Source: Paraspadella gotoi (lineage: Eukaryota; Animalia; Chaetognatha). From it: a stretch of DNA of 64,000 nt. Position 1 is the first letter of the stretch. The number at the start of each line of letters is the position of its first letter. The notes beneath the pieces were generated by a model that did no database searches, had not been told where the DNA came from, and saw nothing but the letters and a program-made list of their open reading frames with translations. Made by a program: the position numbers and the translations under genes. The stretch lies in contig CM119263.1 in assembly GCA_051294375.1 (NCBI GenBank), positions 18,004,628 through 18,068,627 on the forward strand, in the 5' to 3' direction. Of the stretch, positions 11,773 to 24,900 are shown in pieces.

Positions 11773-14700
11773 TTAATCCATCCTCTTCTTCTTCGACTTG
11801 GCCTTTTCTTTCGCGCTCGGCCACATGTCCTCGTTCTTGTCCACTTTGTCCCGTTCCGCCTTGGGGAGGAACATGGCCACCTCCTTGAAGCAAATCTGAT
11901 CTTTGGGATCCTTGAAGTTTTCCAGATACTCCTTGGGAAAGTAGGATCTTCGGACATGTAAAAAATAGAAACGACATAGACATAAAACATAAGCTGGGTC
12001 AAATAAGCAAAACTGAAGAAGAACCTGCAAGTGTTGAGGACTTTCGGTTTTGCCAATTCGTCGATTCGAGTTTTGAGGCCTTCAAACCGAAAAAAAGTCA
12101 AAAACTTTAAATCAAAAGTTATAAAAAAAAATTGAATTAATGATAATAAATCATTCAATCACTTGATCAGAATAAATAAACAAACTTTAAAATAAAAAAA
12201 ATTAAACAGAATCGATCACAGATCCAAAATTAATTAAATGTGACGTAACGAAACGTAAAATGAAGTGAAAGAAAACCTTTATTTTTTTCCTCTCTTCCCT
12301 TCCGCCCACTTACCCCCGGCAGAGATCTTCTTGTCTTGTTTCTCCATGATTTGCTTGGCAATGTCTTTGCCCGGAGCCTTGCCGCGGGGAAGCGGCTTTG
12401 GGGGCTTCTGCGGTTTGTAGTAGTAAGGAACGCTCTCCTTGAGCAGAAGACGCTGTTTCGAGTAGACGTCTTTGTAGCCGAAAGGTTGGTAGCGCTCTTT
12501 TGCCCGTTGCGCTGTGGCGGGGTTTAATGGGAAATGGGTTCGAGTTAGAGTTAATATTGTTTCCAGGGTTTTTTACAGAACAATTTCTAAACAAGATATG
12601 GTTCAAACTTGTTTCGCTTAGCTTACAGACAATATCCGCTATTTTAAAACAAACAAATTAGACATTGTGTATAAACTATCAATTTCGTTGCGTTTTGAAG
12701 TTTAGGAGAAAAAACAATTTATTTGTTTTTATCAACGAATTGTATTATTGTATTAATACAATTCGTTGATAAAAACAAATAAATTGTTTTTTCTCCTAAA
12801 CAAACAAATTAAAAAAAAAAAAACCATACCTTGTCTGTCCTGTTCCTTTTTCCTCCACGTAAGCCCCTTGCCAAAGACGGGATAGTCAGTGGGCGTGGGA
12901 AAATTCTCGTAGTAACCGTACTTGCTCTCTTCCGGGTGAAAGCGAACGTATCTTTATTATACGGGGAAAATAGGACCGGGTCATAAGGTTTTCTCTTTGT
13001 TCTACTTTCGTCTTTTTCCTTTCCACTCTTAGATTGTTAGATTGGTTAGAAGTTGGACGCGAAATAACTCACTTTCATAAACCAAGTCAAGACGCAACCC
13101 CCCATTACCCCATACACTCCGGATGCAGGGTGTGGTTGGCATTGCAATAGTCCTTTCTCCGTATTTTGGTGAGTTCGTCGTTGAGCGCGTTCTTGACGTG
13201 ATTCTTTACTTCCGGTACCGGAGAGTCCCAGTCTTGCATCCGCTCCTTCCAGTTGAGTTCCGGCTCGTATTGACGTCGAACCTGCGCGAGAGAGAAGGGA
13301 AGAAATATAGTTCAGGTCAGGTTCGATCTTTGTCTTTAGTTTGCGAGATCTAATCCATTTTTAAGGAGAGTTCTGTAAGAGAGCTAAATGGTAAACTAGA
13401 GCTAAACTCAATCTCATTCTTGGTTGCATCTAAAGTTCCTTCCTTATACAGAGTGTCTCAAGCGTACTGTCGCTTTACAAGTGAACGCTGTGTCAAATTA
13501 ATCAAAGTCATTGAACATTGTCCAGTGATCCTTTAATCCCCTGACCTTGGCCGAAGGTTCGATCCAAAGAGGAGGGAAGGCGATGACTTTGTTTTTGTTG
13601 TAGGGCGTTGAGCGATCGATGCCGACTTCGAGGGCGATGAGGGAACCGATTTCGCTGATGTCGCCCGCTTGCTGTATAGGGTGTGGACAGGGCCATTGGA
13701 GAGTTGGGAAAGGGTTAGATTACCATACAGCAGCGATATTAATGTCTTTTCTTCTCACTACCATTTTCTGCAGCCCGTAAAAACAATCTTAACAATTAGC
13801 ATCTTTCAAAACAAATAAAACAAGACTATTTCTTATTATACATATTTAATAACTAGCTCCTCTCCAAAACTACAGCATCTGCAGTAAAATCGCGGTACAG
13901 CTTAAAGAATTCCAATTTCTGATATCGGCAAAACGTCTAAGCACTTTTTTGAGAGACTTTCTGTCTGCCTTCAGCGCGAGAACGGGGACCTGCTCGCTTC
14001 CCGAAGTCCCGTGATTGAGTTGCCGTCTCATGTGGACGGAGTTGCTTGACTTTGTCTCCCGATCTCTTCTTCTTTTTCATTTTTATCTTCCCCTTATTTG
14101 TTCTCGTTTATTGTTGACATAAGTTATTTTTGCAACCATTCCCGCAATTATTTGTTTGCTCTGTTTTCTTTTCAGAAAAAAAAAAAAAAAAATTTCTGAA
14201 AAGAAAAAAAAACAACATTAACAACGATTCCCTGCTCACCGCCATATATTCGGAAGTGGCAACCGATCTGGCCCTGTCCAAGGCCTCGCCCCACAAGGAC
14301 CCCGTGTCAGAGACCGGTACTCCTCCGTCTTCGTCCTCCCCGTCGTCCTCTTCCTCGTCGTCATCCTCGTTGAAATTGGTGTCGTCCACGTCTTGGCGGC
14401 GTCGTTTCCGGTTGGCGTTAGCGCCGCTAGAAGCGCCGCGGTCAGGCGACCTGCGGTTGGCGCCGTGGAGATCGTCGCTGGAGTTGGGTTGCGAAAAGAC
14501 GATGCGGCGTGAATCCTTGGCGCCCAGTGGCGATGGCGTTGCGCCGGAACGGGCGCCAACGTTGGAGTCGAGACCGGCGCCACCTTTTTTACGCCCGCCG
14601 GAGTTTCGGACATCGCGGTCGTCGCCATTGTCGTCTTCGTTGTCGGATCCGTCGACGTTCGAACCTTTTATGAATATCTTATTACTCATATCGTTCTGAG

Positions 14701-16436
14701 GAATTAGTTCTTTATTTTACCCAATCCAACCGAGAGACATTCGGATTATAAGTCCTATTTTTAAATTTAAAGACATGAAATGTTACAAAGTCGAAGCCGA
14801 AGGAAAAAAAAAACAAAAGGGAAACGAACCGCCTTTCGTTCTCCTTCCTTCTCTGTCGCTGCGTTGATTCGATCCTCGCCCGTTCTCTCCATTTTCATCT
14901 TCCCCCAACTCGTCGTCGCTTTGACTTTTGTTCAAATTCGTGTCCGAATTCGAGTCGTCCTTGCGGCCTCCAGGGCCGCCGCGACCTGAGTAGCCAGCTC
15001 CTAAGCCTCCGGCTCCCAAAGCCCCTGCGCCCATTGCTCCAGAGCCGGAAAGGCCGGAGGAGCCGCCGGCCGCTCCATCGTTATCGTCGAGACCGAGTCC
15101 CCTGGCGCCGGGTCCGCCGGCGCCGGGAGATGAAGAACCGAGCGGGTCCGGGCCGGCGGAAGCGCCGGCTCCGTTCGGGCGATCGTCGGGTTCGTCAGAC
15201 AAACGGGCGCCGAGGAAACTAACCGTTCGCGGAGAGGCTCCACCTCTTGGACTTCCTGCATGACTCGGCCCTGTTGGCCCGCCCGCTCCGTTTCTCGCGT
15301 TGCCTTCTCCATCGAGATGTCCCAAAGTCTGATCTCTCCCCTCACGCTCTCCGTTTCTGTCTCCCTCTCGCTCTTCGCCTCGACTGCCGTCTCTCTCTCC
15401 GTTTCTATTTTCGTCTCTCTCTCGGTCGCGCTCCCCGCCGTCTCTCTCTGCGTTACTCATTCCGTCTCTCTCTCCGTTACGCCCTCCGTCCCGATCTCCA
15501 TCCTGCGTTCCATTTCCAATCCCGGCGCCCATGGTTTGCATGATACCGCCCACTATCGACGCGCGTTCTCGGTCGCTCAATTTCCTTTGAAAAAACTAAA
15601 TTGCTAGACAAAACTAAAGATGTTTAATTTTACTGCACGAGATCTTTTGTTTGTAAAAATCGCTGTTACTATTACTAATATATGAGGCCATGTCGTCATA
15701 TGTTTTATAGGTCGAGCACAAAAAATGTTTAGGACTTTTCTAACTAAAAAAATTATGTCATGGGTGTTGTAGCTGTTTTTTTTAGATCTCCTTGTACGTA
15801 AAGTTAATTTAATTCACCTGAATTCGTCCTTCGTGATTCCGTGAAGTTGAAGTGCCATGTTCATGACAACGATGGGGTCTTCGACGTCAGTGTCGGCGCC
15901 TGAGCCGGCAGAGTCGAGGCGCGACGACGGGGCATTGGATGGCCGACCAGACGAGCGGCGTCCCTCCTAGCGATCGAGGCGTGGGGAGGGGGACGCTATA
16001 ATTTTTTCCAATCTAATTATTATTTAATAATTTTTTTAAATGCTATATCACTGCAATTACAAACGGCCTTTAAACGTAATCACAAGCGCATGAAAATATA
16101 TCTACCAATATATCTTAGTATTCATTACAAAATTCACAGACGTATAGACCAAGTTCTTAAATCCTAATGAATATGTATCATGTCAACCTCGATGTGTTGC
16201 AGAGTGTTAACGATTTCCTCTTGAATAGACGAGATCGAGGCGGACTTCGCGTCCTCCTCCGTCATCGCCTTTTTCGCCAGCGACGTCAGCGCCTCTTCCG
16301 ACCGCGTCATTTCTGGATCGTCCGCCGCATCGGCAGCTGCGAGCGCGGCGTCGGCAGGGTCAGTACTACCGGCAGGTTCCCGAGCAGCGTCTTCGTCATT
16401 ATGACCATCGTCATCGGATCGATTTACCGGCGTCAT
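11773..16436 (-). CDS. Multi-exon gene of unknown function; acidic/Gly-rich low-complexity N-terminal part, C-terminal TRIDELAKPK (THEG-like motif)
   Basis: GC-rich exons bounded by GT-AG (16436-16187, ~15967-15818, ~15585-14830, ~14695-14240, ~13281-13072, ~12950-12830, ~12510-12314, ~12079-12025, ~11948-11773). C-terminus QRAKERYQPFGYKDVY...GLKTRIDELAKPKVLNTCRSYFPKEYLENFKDP. The middle exon joins are uncertain. Confidence 0.65.
12700..12801. repeat. 102-bp AT-rich palindrome (48-bp perfect arms, 6-nt loop)
   Basis: GTTTAGGAGAAAAAACAATTTATTTGTTTTTATCAACGAATTGTATTA / TAATACAATTCGTTG...CTCCTAAAC; AAACAAACAAATTA occurs as a direct repeat at ~12647 and ~12798. Confidence 0.9.
13447..13500 (+). 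mobile_element. Solo Tc1/mariner-type terminal inverted repeat
   Basis: TA|CAGAGTGTCTCAAGCGTACTGTCGCTTTACAAG..CGCTGTGTCAAATT, nearly identical to 53004-53055 and to the reverse complement of 54633-54665. Confidence 0.65.
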
Positions 16437-16653
16437 TTTTGATGTGGATTGATTTTGCCGAATATTTCTTTCCGTCGAGAATCGTTTATGGAAACAAAAG
16501 CTCAACCGGTAAATGGAAAGCAATTTGTTTTCCAAAAAATTCATTTGCATAGTTATGAAAATTTGCAAAATTACTTGTTTCACTAGCTTATATTTTTATA
16601 TTTTATGTAATTTCCTTTATTTTAGTTGCGTTTCGGAATTCGTGTACAAAGCG

Positions 16654-16691
16654 CTGATGAAGATTCGAAAAAAAAATTGTCTAAACATGTC
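16654..16691 (+). ncRNA. Degenerate minimal type-I hammerhead ribozyme motif
   Basis: AGCG-CTGATGA-AGAT...GTCT-AAAC-ATGTC-CGTT; stem I AGCG/CGTT pairs, but the G of the GAAA core is missing. Confidence 0.55.
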
Positions 16692-17328
16692 CGTTAAATA
16701 AATATATCGTTTTTTTCAAAAATACAACTGCTTTGTACACCAAAATATCATTAAAAAAAATCGAGTTAAATCTTTGATACCTTTCATGCTTTTTAAAACT
16801 TCATGGGACCTCCAAAGAATCGGCCGGGAGACTTACATCAAATTTTAGATACTAAAGATTAAAAACTAAAGAAAATAAAAATATAAAAACCAATTTCCCT
16901 GTTCTAAACTTTACGCTGTGATTATAATCGGATTTTATTCTTTCATTCTATTCAAGAAATATTCTGAACTTGGAACCTCCAATCAGTGAAGTTGATCGTT
17001 GTTCTATCTAGCTTTCTAAATAAAATCTTTAAATTTTTTAAAATAAAGTTATAAGAAGCTTTATTTTCATAGTTACGGAGTTTCACTTTTACTGGGATTA
17101 ACACGTCATTAATTGATTAACCTAATTTTTCTTTAAATCAAACCAAATTTTTTCTTACTTATGTGTATATTTAATTACAAGCTAAAATCTGTAGTATAAA
17201 GAGTAACAGATAAAGCTTAAAAGAAAATGTAGCGGCTAATCTAATGGATATGCATCAACGTTAATTATGCACATGAAGAAATATGACGAGCGCGGAATAA
17301 TGAATGTATTTGTGAAGGAAGGTTTAAT

Positions 17329-20300
17329 TCAGCTGGAATCAATAAACTCACGAGCTTTGTTTCTTAACTCGTCGACTATTCGAAAAGGCGCCAAGAAAAC
17401 CGAATCGAGAATTTCTTTCAGAAAGTTCGTTTTCCTTGTTTTGGAATATTCTTTTGCAAAATCAAAATCGTCATAAACGATCACCTTTTCAGTGTTATTT
17501 TTATGTTTCGTTTTTAAATCAGTTTCTCGAAGTCCTATTTGCGCACTTACATTTTTAGATTTTTGATCATGGATTGTTAATGTTTTCATCTTTGAAGAAT
17601 CGTCCTTTTTTATTTTTTTATTAGCAATATTTGTTTTGTTCCGTGTTTTCTTCGTTTTGTCTTCGACAATAACGTAAATGCCTTCCAAAGTAGACGAGGA
17701 TTCTTCGTCAACCTCTTCGAGTCTTTTGTTTTCAATTATTGGGAGTTCGGTGGCGTTGCGAGTGAGTGAAACAAAAGATTTTGACGCAGTCCACGTCTCT
17801 CCGTCTCCACTGTAATCCTCTTCGCTTACAGGGAAAACCGTTTCGTTCAAAATTTCACCGTGGATGCCGGTTCCAACGTTGATTGAATTTGGAGGAGTGA
17901 CTTTGAAGTCAGTTCGATTCAAATCTGTCACGAATGTATCGGTTAAAGTAGGAGACGTGATGGTTGCGTAAGGCGTTAATGTTGACTGTGAAGGTGTAAA
18001 AGTTTCTCTAGGTAACGCACTCATTAATTTCGGTTCAGTTGGAGTTGGTTGTTCGATTGTTGAATTTATTAGTAACGGATAATCAACAGCGAGAGATTCT
18101 TCAGTCGGAGTTGCCAGATTAATTCTTTTAGTTGCTTCGGAGGCTGGTTGCGTTAATTCAGTTGCGGATGTGAGTAATTGGTTGGTTGACGTCGCGAAAA
18201 TAAGTGGAATTTCATGTGATGATGTGGATAAATCCTTAATCAATTGTATTGAATTAGATGGTAACGTCACGAACAGCGGCGAATTGATCTCCGACTTAGT
18301 GGGGGTCGAAGTCGTTGGTAGTGCTTCTGCATCTTTGATGGTCAAAGATGATTTGGATGGTGAAGGAGTTAATGGGGTGGAACTAATTAAAGGTCCTTTA
18401 GTTGCTGACTTGATCACCGAATCATCGGGGATTTTCAGGGTTCGCGAAGTCGTCATTGAGGTCGCAGTGGTCGGTCCAGATGGTTCAATTCGTTCACGCG
18501 TAGTATAATCGATTGATGAAATTAGTTCCGTTGGCTTTTCAGCCAGAGAAGAAATTTGTTCCGTCGTTAATTTTATCAGCGACTGGTTGTTGATTGAATC
18601 GCTTGTTTGCGATATGGATTCTTGAGTAAACGAAAGCGCTGGTTGCTCGGAATAAACCGGTTGCTTAATCGTAATTGGATTCGGAGTCATTGTAACATCA
18701 GCCATCCTATCAGTACTTCCGACGAAGGAGCTCGACCAATCGGGTGACTCGGAACTTCTCGTCGTTAAAAACGATGCAGCTCTTTCGGTCACGGGCGATT
18801 GTTTCCGAGCGATGGGATGGAGAAGGATAACCGCCGGATGTAATACGATGGCGGACAGAGATTGATGGCCGGTTGATTGAGATTGATCGATCGTACGAGT
18901 GAACGCGTACTCGCTGCCGGTAGCCGAGGGCGCCACGTCGATCGGCGACGCCTCCAGGGGCGTAGGAATATCGACGAGTTCGTCGAGGATTTCGTCGACG
19001 ACGTGGATTATGAACTCAAACGTCAGCGCTTCGTCGGACTTTTGGTCTTCGTCAAAGTTGGTGCTCGTAGTTGTCGCCGTTGTCGTCGTCATTGTTGTTG
19101 GTATTTTTTTCTTCATAGAATGTTCTTCGAACGCGCTAGAAAAAACCGAAGGAAAAGCTTTGTAAAAGGTGTAACGATATGCACGATATGCGTCAGAATC
19201 TTAATCATAAAGAAATAACCTGGGACTCGCTAGACAGACGAGCAAAATGTGTTCAATCCCACTCTTGCGGCAATTGGGTATGATACTACACCCAATTTTT
19301 TCCGCAACGAGAAGCTTAGTGGATAAGAAATTAAATTAATAAAATAAAATGAACTTGAGTCAAAAGATAAGTTAAGTCAAAAGATCATACGTTTTAAGTT
19401 TCATACCTGTGCCGCTGCCTCTTCATCCCTTTCCCAAGCAGAGAAGATTTCTCTGATCTGCAGACGCATTTTGTCGCCGCCGACAGAAGACGCCACCGCG
19501 CCGAAGAAGGCGTCATCGGCGACGAATCCCGCGAGCGGCGCCACAGACGACATCCATCGGTAATTAGGTGCATTGCTTGACAACAGGGTAGGAAGTTTGA
19601 ACTGAGTGGACGCGACTTTTTCAGGGAACGGGTCCGGTTTATGCGACGAGTCTGAAGTGTTTGGATCCAACACCATGCTAAATGGGATGGCAAGAAGTCT
19701 CTGCAACCGATTCCTTTTAAGTTACCATAAGAACTTGAGAAAAGTATTACCGACAAGTTGCGACGTGCCCCGCCGCATTTTCTAAGCTGTACGTGAAGTC
19801 CCAATCCTCAAAAATAATTTGAAAGAAGATAAATTACATCAAAGACGATGTGCAAAAATTAATTGATATCTAGACATATCTATGCCCTCACCACAAGAGC
19901 TTCGGCTCCATTCATCCGCTGAAATTCACGGATTCGAGCGACGACTTCGAGTTTGTGTTGCTGAAGCAGCACGAATCCTCCCTCGTAGTCGTCGCTTGGG
20001 GATGTGCTGCAAGTTTTATTAAGATAGTAGGTTACAGATTTAGGTAAAAGAAATGTTTTTGAATAATTCTTCCAAAAAATATTAAAAGTTTAAGTCTCTA
20101 TTCGATATGGGATACTGTGGCGGTATAATCCACGCAAAGATAAAGTGGTAAGGGTAGAAAAACTTTATTACAAATCCCTAACCACCCCTAAGCCTAAATA
20201 CCCCTAATCCCTCACCAACCTTAACCCAATTGCCAACCGTTTAAAAAATATAATATAAAAATATTTGTTGTTTGTTTGTTTACGTACAACGAATTTTATT

Positions 20301-20884
20301 AAGACAATTTCAGACATGTTTCCGCTTCAATGGAAACCATCAGCGCAAAAACGAGAGTCTGAAAATATTTGTTTCATAAATCAATTCGTTTTGTCCAATT
20401 AACTCTTTTTTCTTTTTTGTTCACGTTCATTGTTGACATAAGATATTTTTGCAACCATTCCTGCAATTATTTGTTTGCTCTGTTTTCTTTTCAGGAAAAA
20501 AAAATCGTTTTTGCGCTGATAAAAGCTTACATTGAAGCTGAAACCTGTCCGAAATTTATGTTTCTTTATAAAACTAATATGTAAACAATTCATTTTTTAC
20601 CTCAAACATAAAAATAGCAATTCAAATAAATTTAAAACAATTATTATTTATTATACTATTTATTTATTATTACTGACCAAAAAAAATATATATTATTGCG
20701 CAAACTGAGACTCGACGCAAGAGGGAAAACAAAATTAAATGCATTAACAAAGCACCGACGAGTGGTAGCTAAAGTTGGTTGCGGACGTCGAATAGTAATG
20801 TGACCCAAATAATTCTTACCGTAGTGGGGCTGCATCAAGCGTCAGCATGGTGACAGTCAAGGTCAAGTAGAACGTCACAGCCAT
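17329..20884 (-). CDS. Secreted degenerate CAP (SCP/CRISP) domain protein with long Ser/Thr/Pro mucin-like stalk (PI16-like architecture)
   Basis: Signal peptide MAVTFYLTLTVTMLTLDAAP; EVVARIREFQRMNGAEALVDWDFTYSLENAAGHVATC resembles the CAP N-terminal pattern; IFSAWERDE; AEKIGCSIIPNC...LLVCLASP resembles the CAP GC..C..LVC signature. The last exon is ~600 aa, Thr-rich, with EDYSGDGE (GAG attachment-like). Confidence 0.7.
20276..20588. mobile_element. Old inverted-repeat element with two outward-facing degenerate hammerhead motifs (20313-20343 minus, 20516-20549 plus)
   Basis: Left arm GACATGTTTCCGCTTCAATG..CATCAGCGCAAAAACGA is the reverse complement of right arm TCGTTTTTGCGCTGATAAAAGCTTACATTGAAGCTGAAACCTGTC. 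The spacer segment 20430-20500 recurs at 14110-14180. Confidence 0.65.
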
Positions 20885-21999
20885 CACGCTCGTGAGAACC
20901 CGGCTGAACGAAGCACTAAGACTTTACTCCGGAGGATGTCTTCACTAAACTTCGGGTTCCCATGGTCGACTGACGACTAATTTCCGACTCACGATAAAAC
21001 TATTACGTCTCCGCTACGAGGGAGTGAAATTATTTTGATGTTCTCGGCCAAGAAATTTTCCGCGGCAGTGAAGATTAGTTTCATCCGGGGCGGACGGGGG
21101 ATGTTGTAACGGCTTGTGATTGGAAGGAGACATACAGGAAATTAAAGGAAAATTGAGGGAGAATAAGAGATAAGAAGGGGGATAAAGGAGGGGGGCAGGG
21201 TTTGAAAGAGGAGGCGAACATCGCCGTTTTGTTTTCTTAAGCTTATCAGTTTTAAGTCGGGTTTGAAAATTATTCGTTATCACTTTCTACAAGTTTCGTA
21301 ATTGAAGCGAAATATTATATTATCAATACAAAAACTATAATTCTAACTGACATAGCCTGAAAAGTTAACGAGAAAATTAAATCGGAATAACTTATATTTC
21401 AAGGTGAACATTAATGTCAATTAATACATAAATGTTTGATATGTACATCTACTGAAAAAAAGAAAACAAAAAAGTGTTTATTCATAATAAGTACTTTTCT
21501 GGCACACTTTGGTAGTAGAGTCATAAGGCACGCGGGCCGAAGGCGGAATATTGGATTTGCAAGTACTATTATTTCAGTAAAAGACACATGGAATGACTTA
21601 AGATTTAATGGAATCACATACACTGGACGATGAATTAAAATGCAAAGTGAACAGGTGTGGTTTTTATTTGATGAAACCCCAACAGATTGTGTAGAAAGAT
21701 TGGAAGGCGTGATTTAAATCGAGCGATAATTACTCATTAAATGTTCCATAAAAGCCAAAGCCAAGACACAAGAATGAATGAATTTGATTTGACCTCTTTA
21801 TCGGGAATAGGGACGGGGCGAGAAAAGAAAAGAAACTGGCGTGATTTCGAAGTTAAATTTTAACAGAATTAAAACTTAAAATCGGATCGAGTCGGTTTTT
21901 AAATTAAAGTGAAAAGTACATATTCAAGGCATCTTTGCAACCAGAATGTCTGATAAAATGGGGGGATAGAATATGGATTGACTATTGACTAAGTGAGAA

Positions 22000-24900
22000 T
22001 CATCGAAGTTTGGACGCCGACGGAGACGAAGCAAAAGTGTGCCGATGAGCCCCGCCGCAAGAGGGGCTCATGCGACCCAAGCGGTGCTGCAAACTCTCCA
22101 GTCTTCGGATGTAGTCGTCCGAGTCATCGGCGGCGTCGGCGACCGAACGGGGGCGTGGTAGGGTGGAGATTGACGGGTCGAAAGTGGCGCTTGAATGGGA
22201 AAGCAGTGTTAAATTACGAAAAGGAAGAAATTAGAGGAAAAAACACATTTCGGAACGGGTATTACTTTTGCGTGGACGGTTGAAGGTCTTCCCGTCGAAG
22301 GTTCGTCGAGGATCGATGTATCCGCGGAGAGAGAAACGTGGTCGACGTCAGGACGCCCTCGCCGGAATCTTTGGTCGGCGGCGTCATTCCTGTTGGCAGG
22401 GAGAACCCAGCGGTGTCGCCTCTGGGCGGAGTCGACGGCGCTGGAACAGAGCGTCGCGATTGCGACGATGGAAGCGGTTGCCTAGTCGAATCATTTCCGG
22501 CGACTGTGGCGCCAATGGTGGTCGAGGCGGCGCTCGCCGATCTCGACCCCGAGGCTTCGACGCCGGGGGGGGCACGAGACCCGCGGGCTGAGGCAGAGGT
22601 GGCGCGTTGCCATTTGGCCACGAGAAACTAACAGTTTAAAATTAAGTTAAAAATACGATAACAGTTTTTGGTGGAGTTGAATATAGAAACCAACCTTAAG
22701 TCTCTGTACGGCGATAACAGTTCGAACGGCAGAGCGAAATTTGCTGAAGGCCGGACTTCGTCGCGTCGACGACGCTGAAGTCGATTCGGGCGCCGGAAAT
22801 GCTCCCATCTTGGCAATCATTGACAGCGTTGCCTGCTCGCAGTCTTGGAAACCGCCTGTTTTTTTTCCAATTTTTAAAAAATTTTTAATCTTCTCATCGC
22901 TCTTTAAATTTCAGCTTTCCTCGCCACTTACCCAGCAGCAACAATAGATATTTCTTTTGGTACACCAGCGCCTTCCGGAAGCTCTCGGCGCGCAAGTACT
23001 TTCCGTAAAGGCGCTGGAGTTTCTCCCGATCGGCGTCGAAGGCCCGCTGCTGTTGGCGGCGTCGCTCTCGCTCCGTTGATTCGATGTTGAGACGAAGCGA
23101 TGCCAGTTCTGATTTAGCGTCACGAAGGGCGCGTTCGAAGGAGACTCGCTCGGAGGGTTGAATCTACCATCACGAATAAAATGTAAAGAAAAGCTTAAAA
23201 AAATTATTCAAATCCCAGACACCAAGCAAATTCCAAATGACACCAACCTCCTTCTGCCTGTAACGCCAGACTTCGTCCTCCAACTGCGACAACGCCGTCC
23301 GTAAATCGTCCTTCTCTCCGCGAAGTTTCTCATTGCTCATCAACAGACCTTCGAGGGCGGACTGATCCAAGCTCTGGGAAGAAAAGAGCGGAAAAGGTTA
23401 GTCCTATAGACAAAATGAGAGGATCAAGTATGAATTAGGATCAGTAAGTAAAAAGCGAATGAAACGAAAAAGCGCGACAAATCGACCGAGTGAGGTTAGT
23501 TGATAATGAAAAGGAAAAGTTTGAACGCATTCTAAACGTAGGATAAACGCGCGGGTTATGCTGGGATTTCAATAGGCGAAGTCGAATCGTTTTTCTAGTT
23601 TAGCAAAGAAGCAAATAAATTCAACGGATCTTTTTCTGATACACAATATTATTTGAAGTTTCTTAAATTTAAAATGGAGGATCTTAAGTCAAGAAAGGAA
23701 CTGTCAAAACACACTGGTTGCGTCAAAATACCCGAAATTCAGTGAAGATATTTGATATTTGAGTCGTTCCCCCTGTCAAAAAACATTGTGGCGAAAAGGC
23801 AGGAAGTGTTGCTGCCAAATGCTTTAGAAAAGGTGCGAAGAAGTTGCTCGCCGAACCGAAAAAAAGAATAAGAAGGGCGAGAACCCCCGGGTTTAAGATC
23901 TTTTTCAAGGTTAATACCGTGACCCATAAATTATACCTCAAATAATGAGGTTCCTAAACCAGGACAGAAAAACCGAATTCATCATAAATCCGGGGGATTT
24001 AGTCGGCGTGAAGATCGAGTGACGAGGTGAGAGTAAGAGGTGTGGGGTTTTGTCTGTAGAGAACTTTCTTTAACTACCTCAGCTGATTTTCTGCCAACAG
24101 TGTCATTGAACTAGTGGCATTATCTACGTGCGTGCTCGTGCCGAATTACTTGAAGGACGCATAGGGCGATGGGCGGCGCCTTCCTTCTACCTGCTTTTCG
24201 CGTCCACCGCCTTCCTGGTTACTGCCGCCGCCGCCGAGACTCTCCTTGATCTCTTTGATGAGACTCAAGATGGAATTAAGCGCACGTTCCCTCGACTCGG
24301 CCGCTTCGGGGTCGGCGGCGTCCTCAGGACATCGAGGGTGGCCCACACGCCCTTCCAGGCCTTCGTCCACATGCATCAGTTCGATTTCTCGGGCTAGTTG
24401 GGCCAAGAGACGAGAGAGATTGGCCCTCAGCTCCGAGTCAAGGGTTTCGGATTCAGAGGAAGAAGAACCATGGATCGGTTTGTGGTGACTGGAAAGTCGA
24501 TCAATGAGAGTCGGACCCGCGGGAACCTTTCGGTTTTCGGAACGTTCGTTTTATGACATTAAAAGTTCGACAAAAACGATGCCATTTTCCCCCAGGAGCC
24601 GTGTTAATTGAATTGAAAATAAAAGGAGCGGAAAGAAACAAAAAGAATCGAAAATGAGGTTATTGAACAAAATTTGTGCTTCACCGAAGGCGGAGTACAA
24701 GAAAATAATAAGAGTGAAAAATTATCGGGTTAATCTACATAGAATTTGCTCGTTTATATGTACTTCGAGTCGCCAAGAGAGAAATTCACGTTACGTACAT
24801 TTACATATGAGACGTTTTTGTGTACGTGTGTGTCTTCGTTAATATTGTAAAGCAAATCCCTAAACGGATTTCGGGTTATGATAGGAAAAAGGATTTTTTA

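Noticed and set aside
19407-19700. Alternative frame CRDFLPSHL..IQTL..PCC..TKCVCR resembling a BMP/TGF-beta cystine knot
   Set aside because: It lacks the first Cys, CxGxC and a prodomain. The other frame has host-like codon usage, completes a CAP pattern and stays in phase with downstream exons.
20176-20230. CCCTAA-like repeats (interstitial telomere?)
   Set aside because: Short and degenerate; such tracts are common inside invertebrate repeats.
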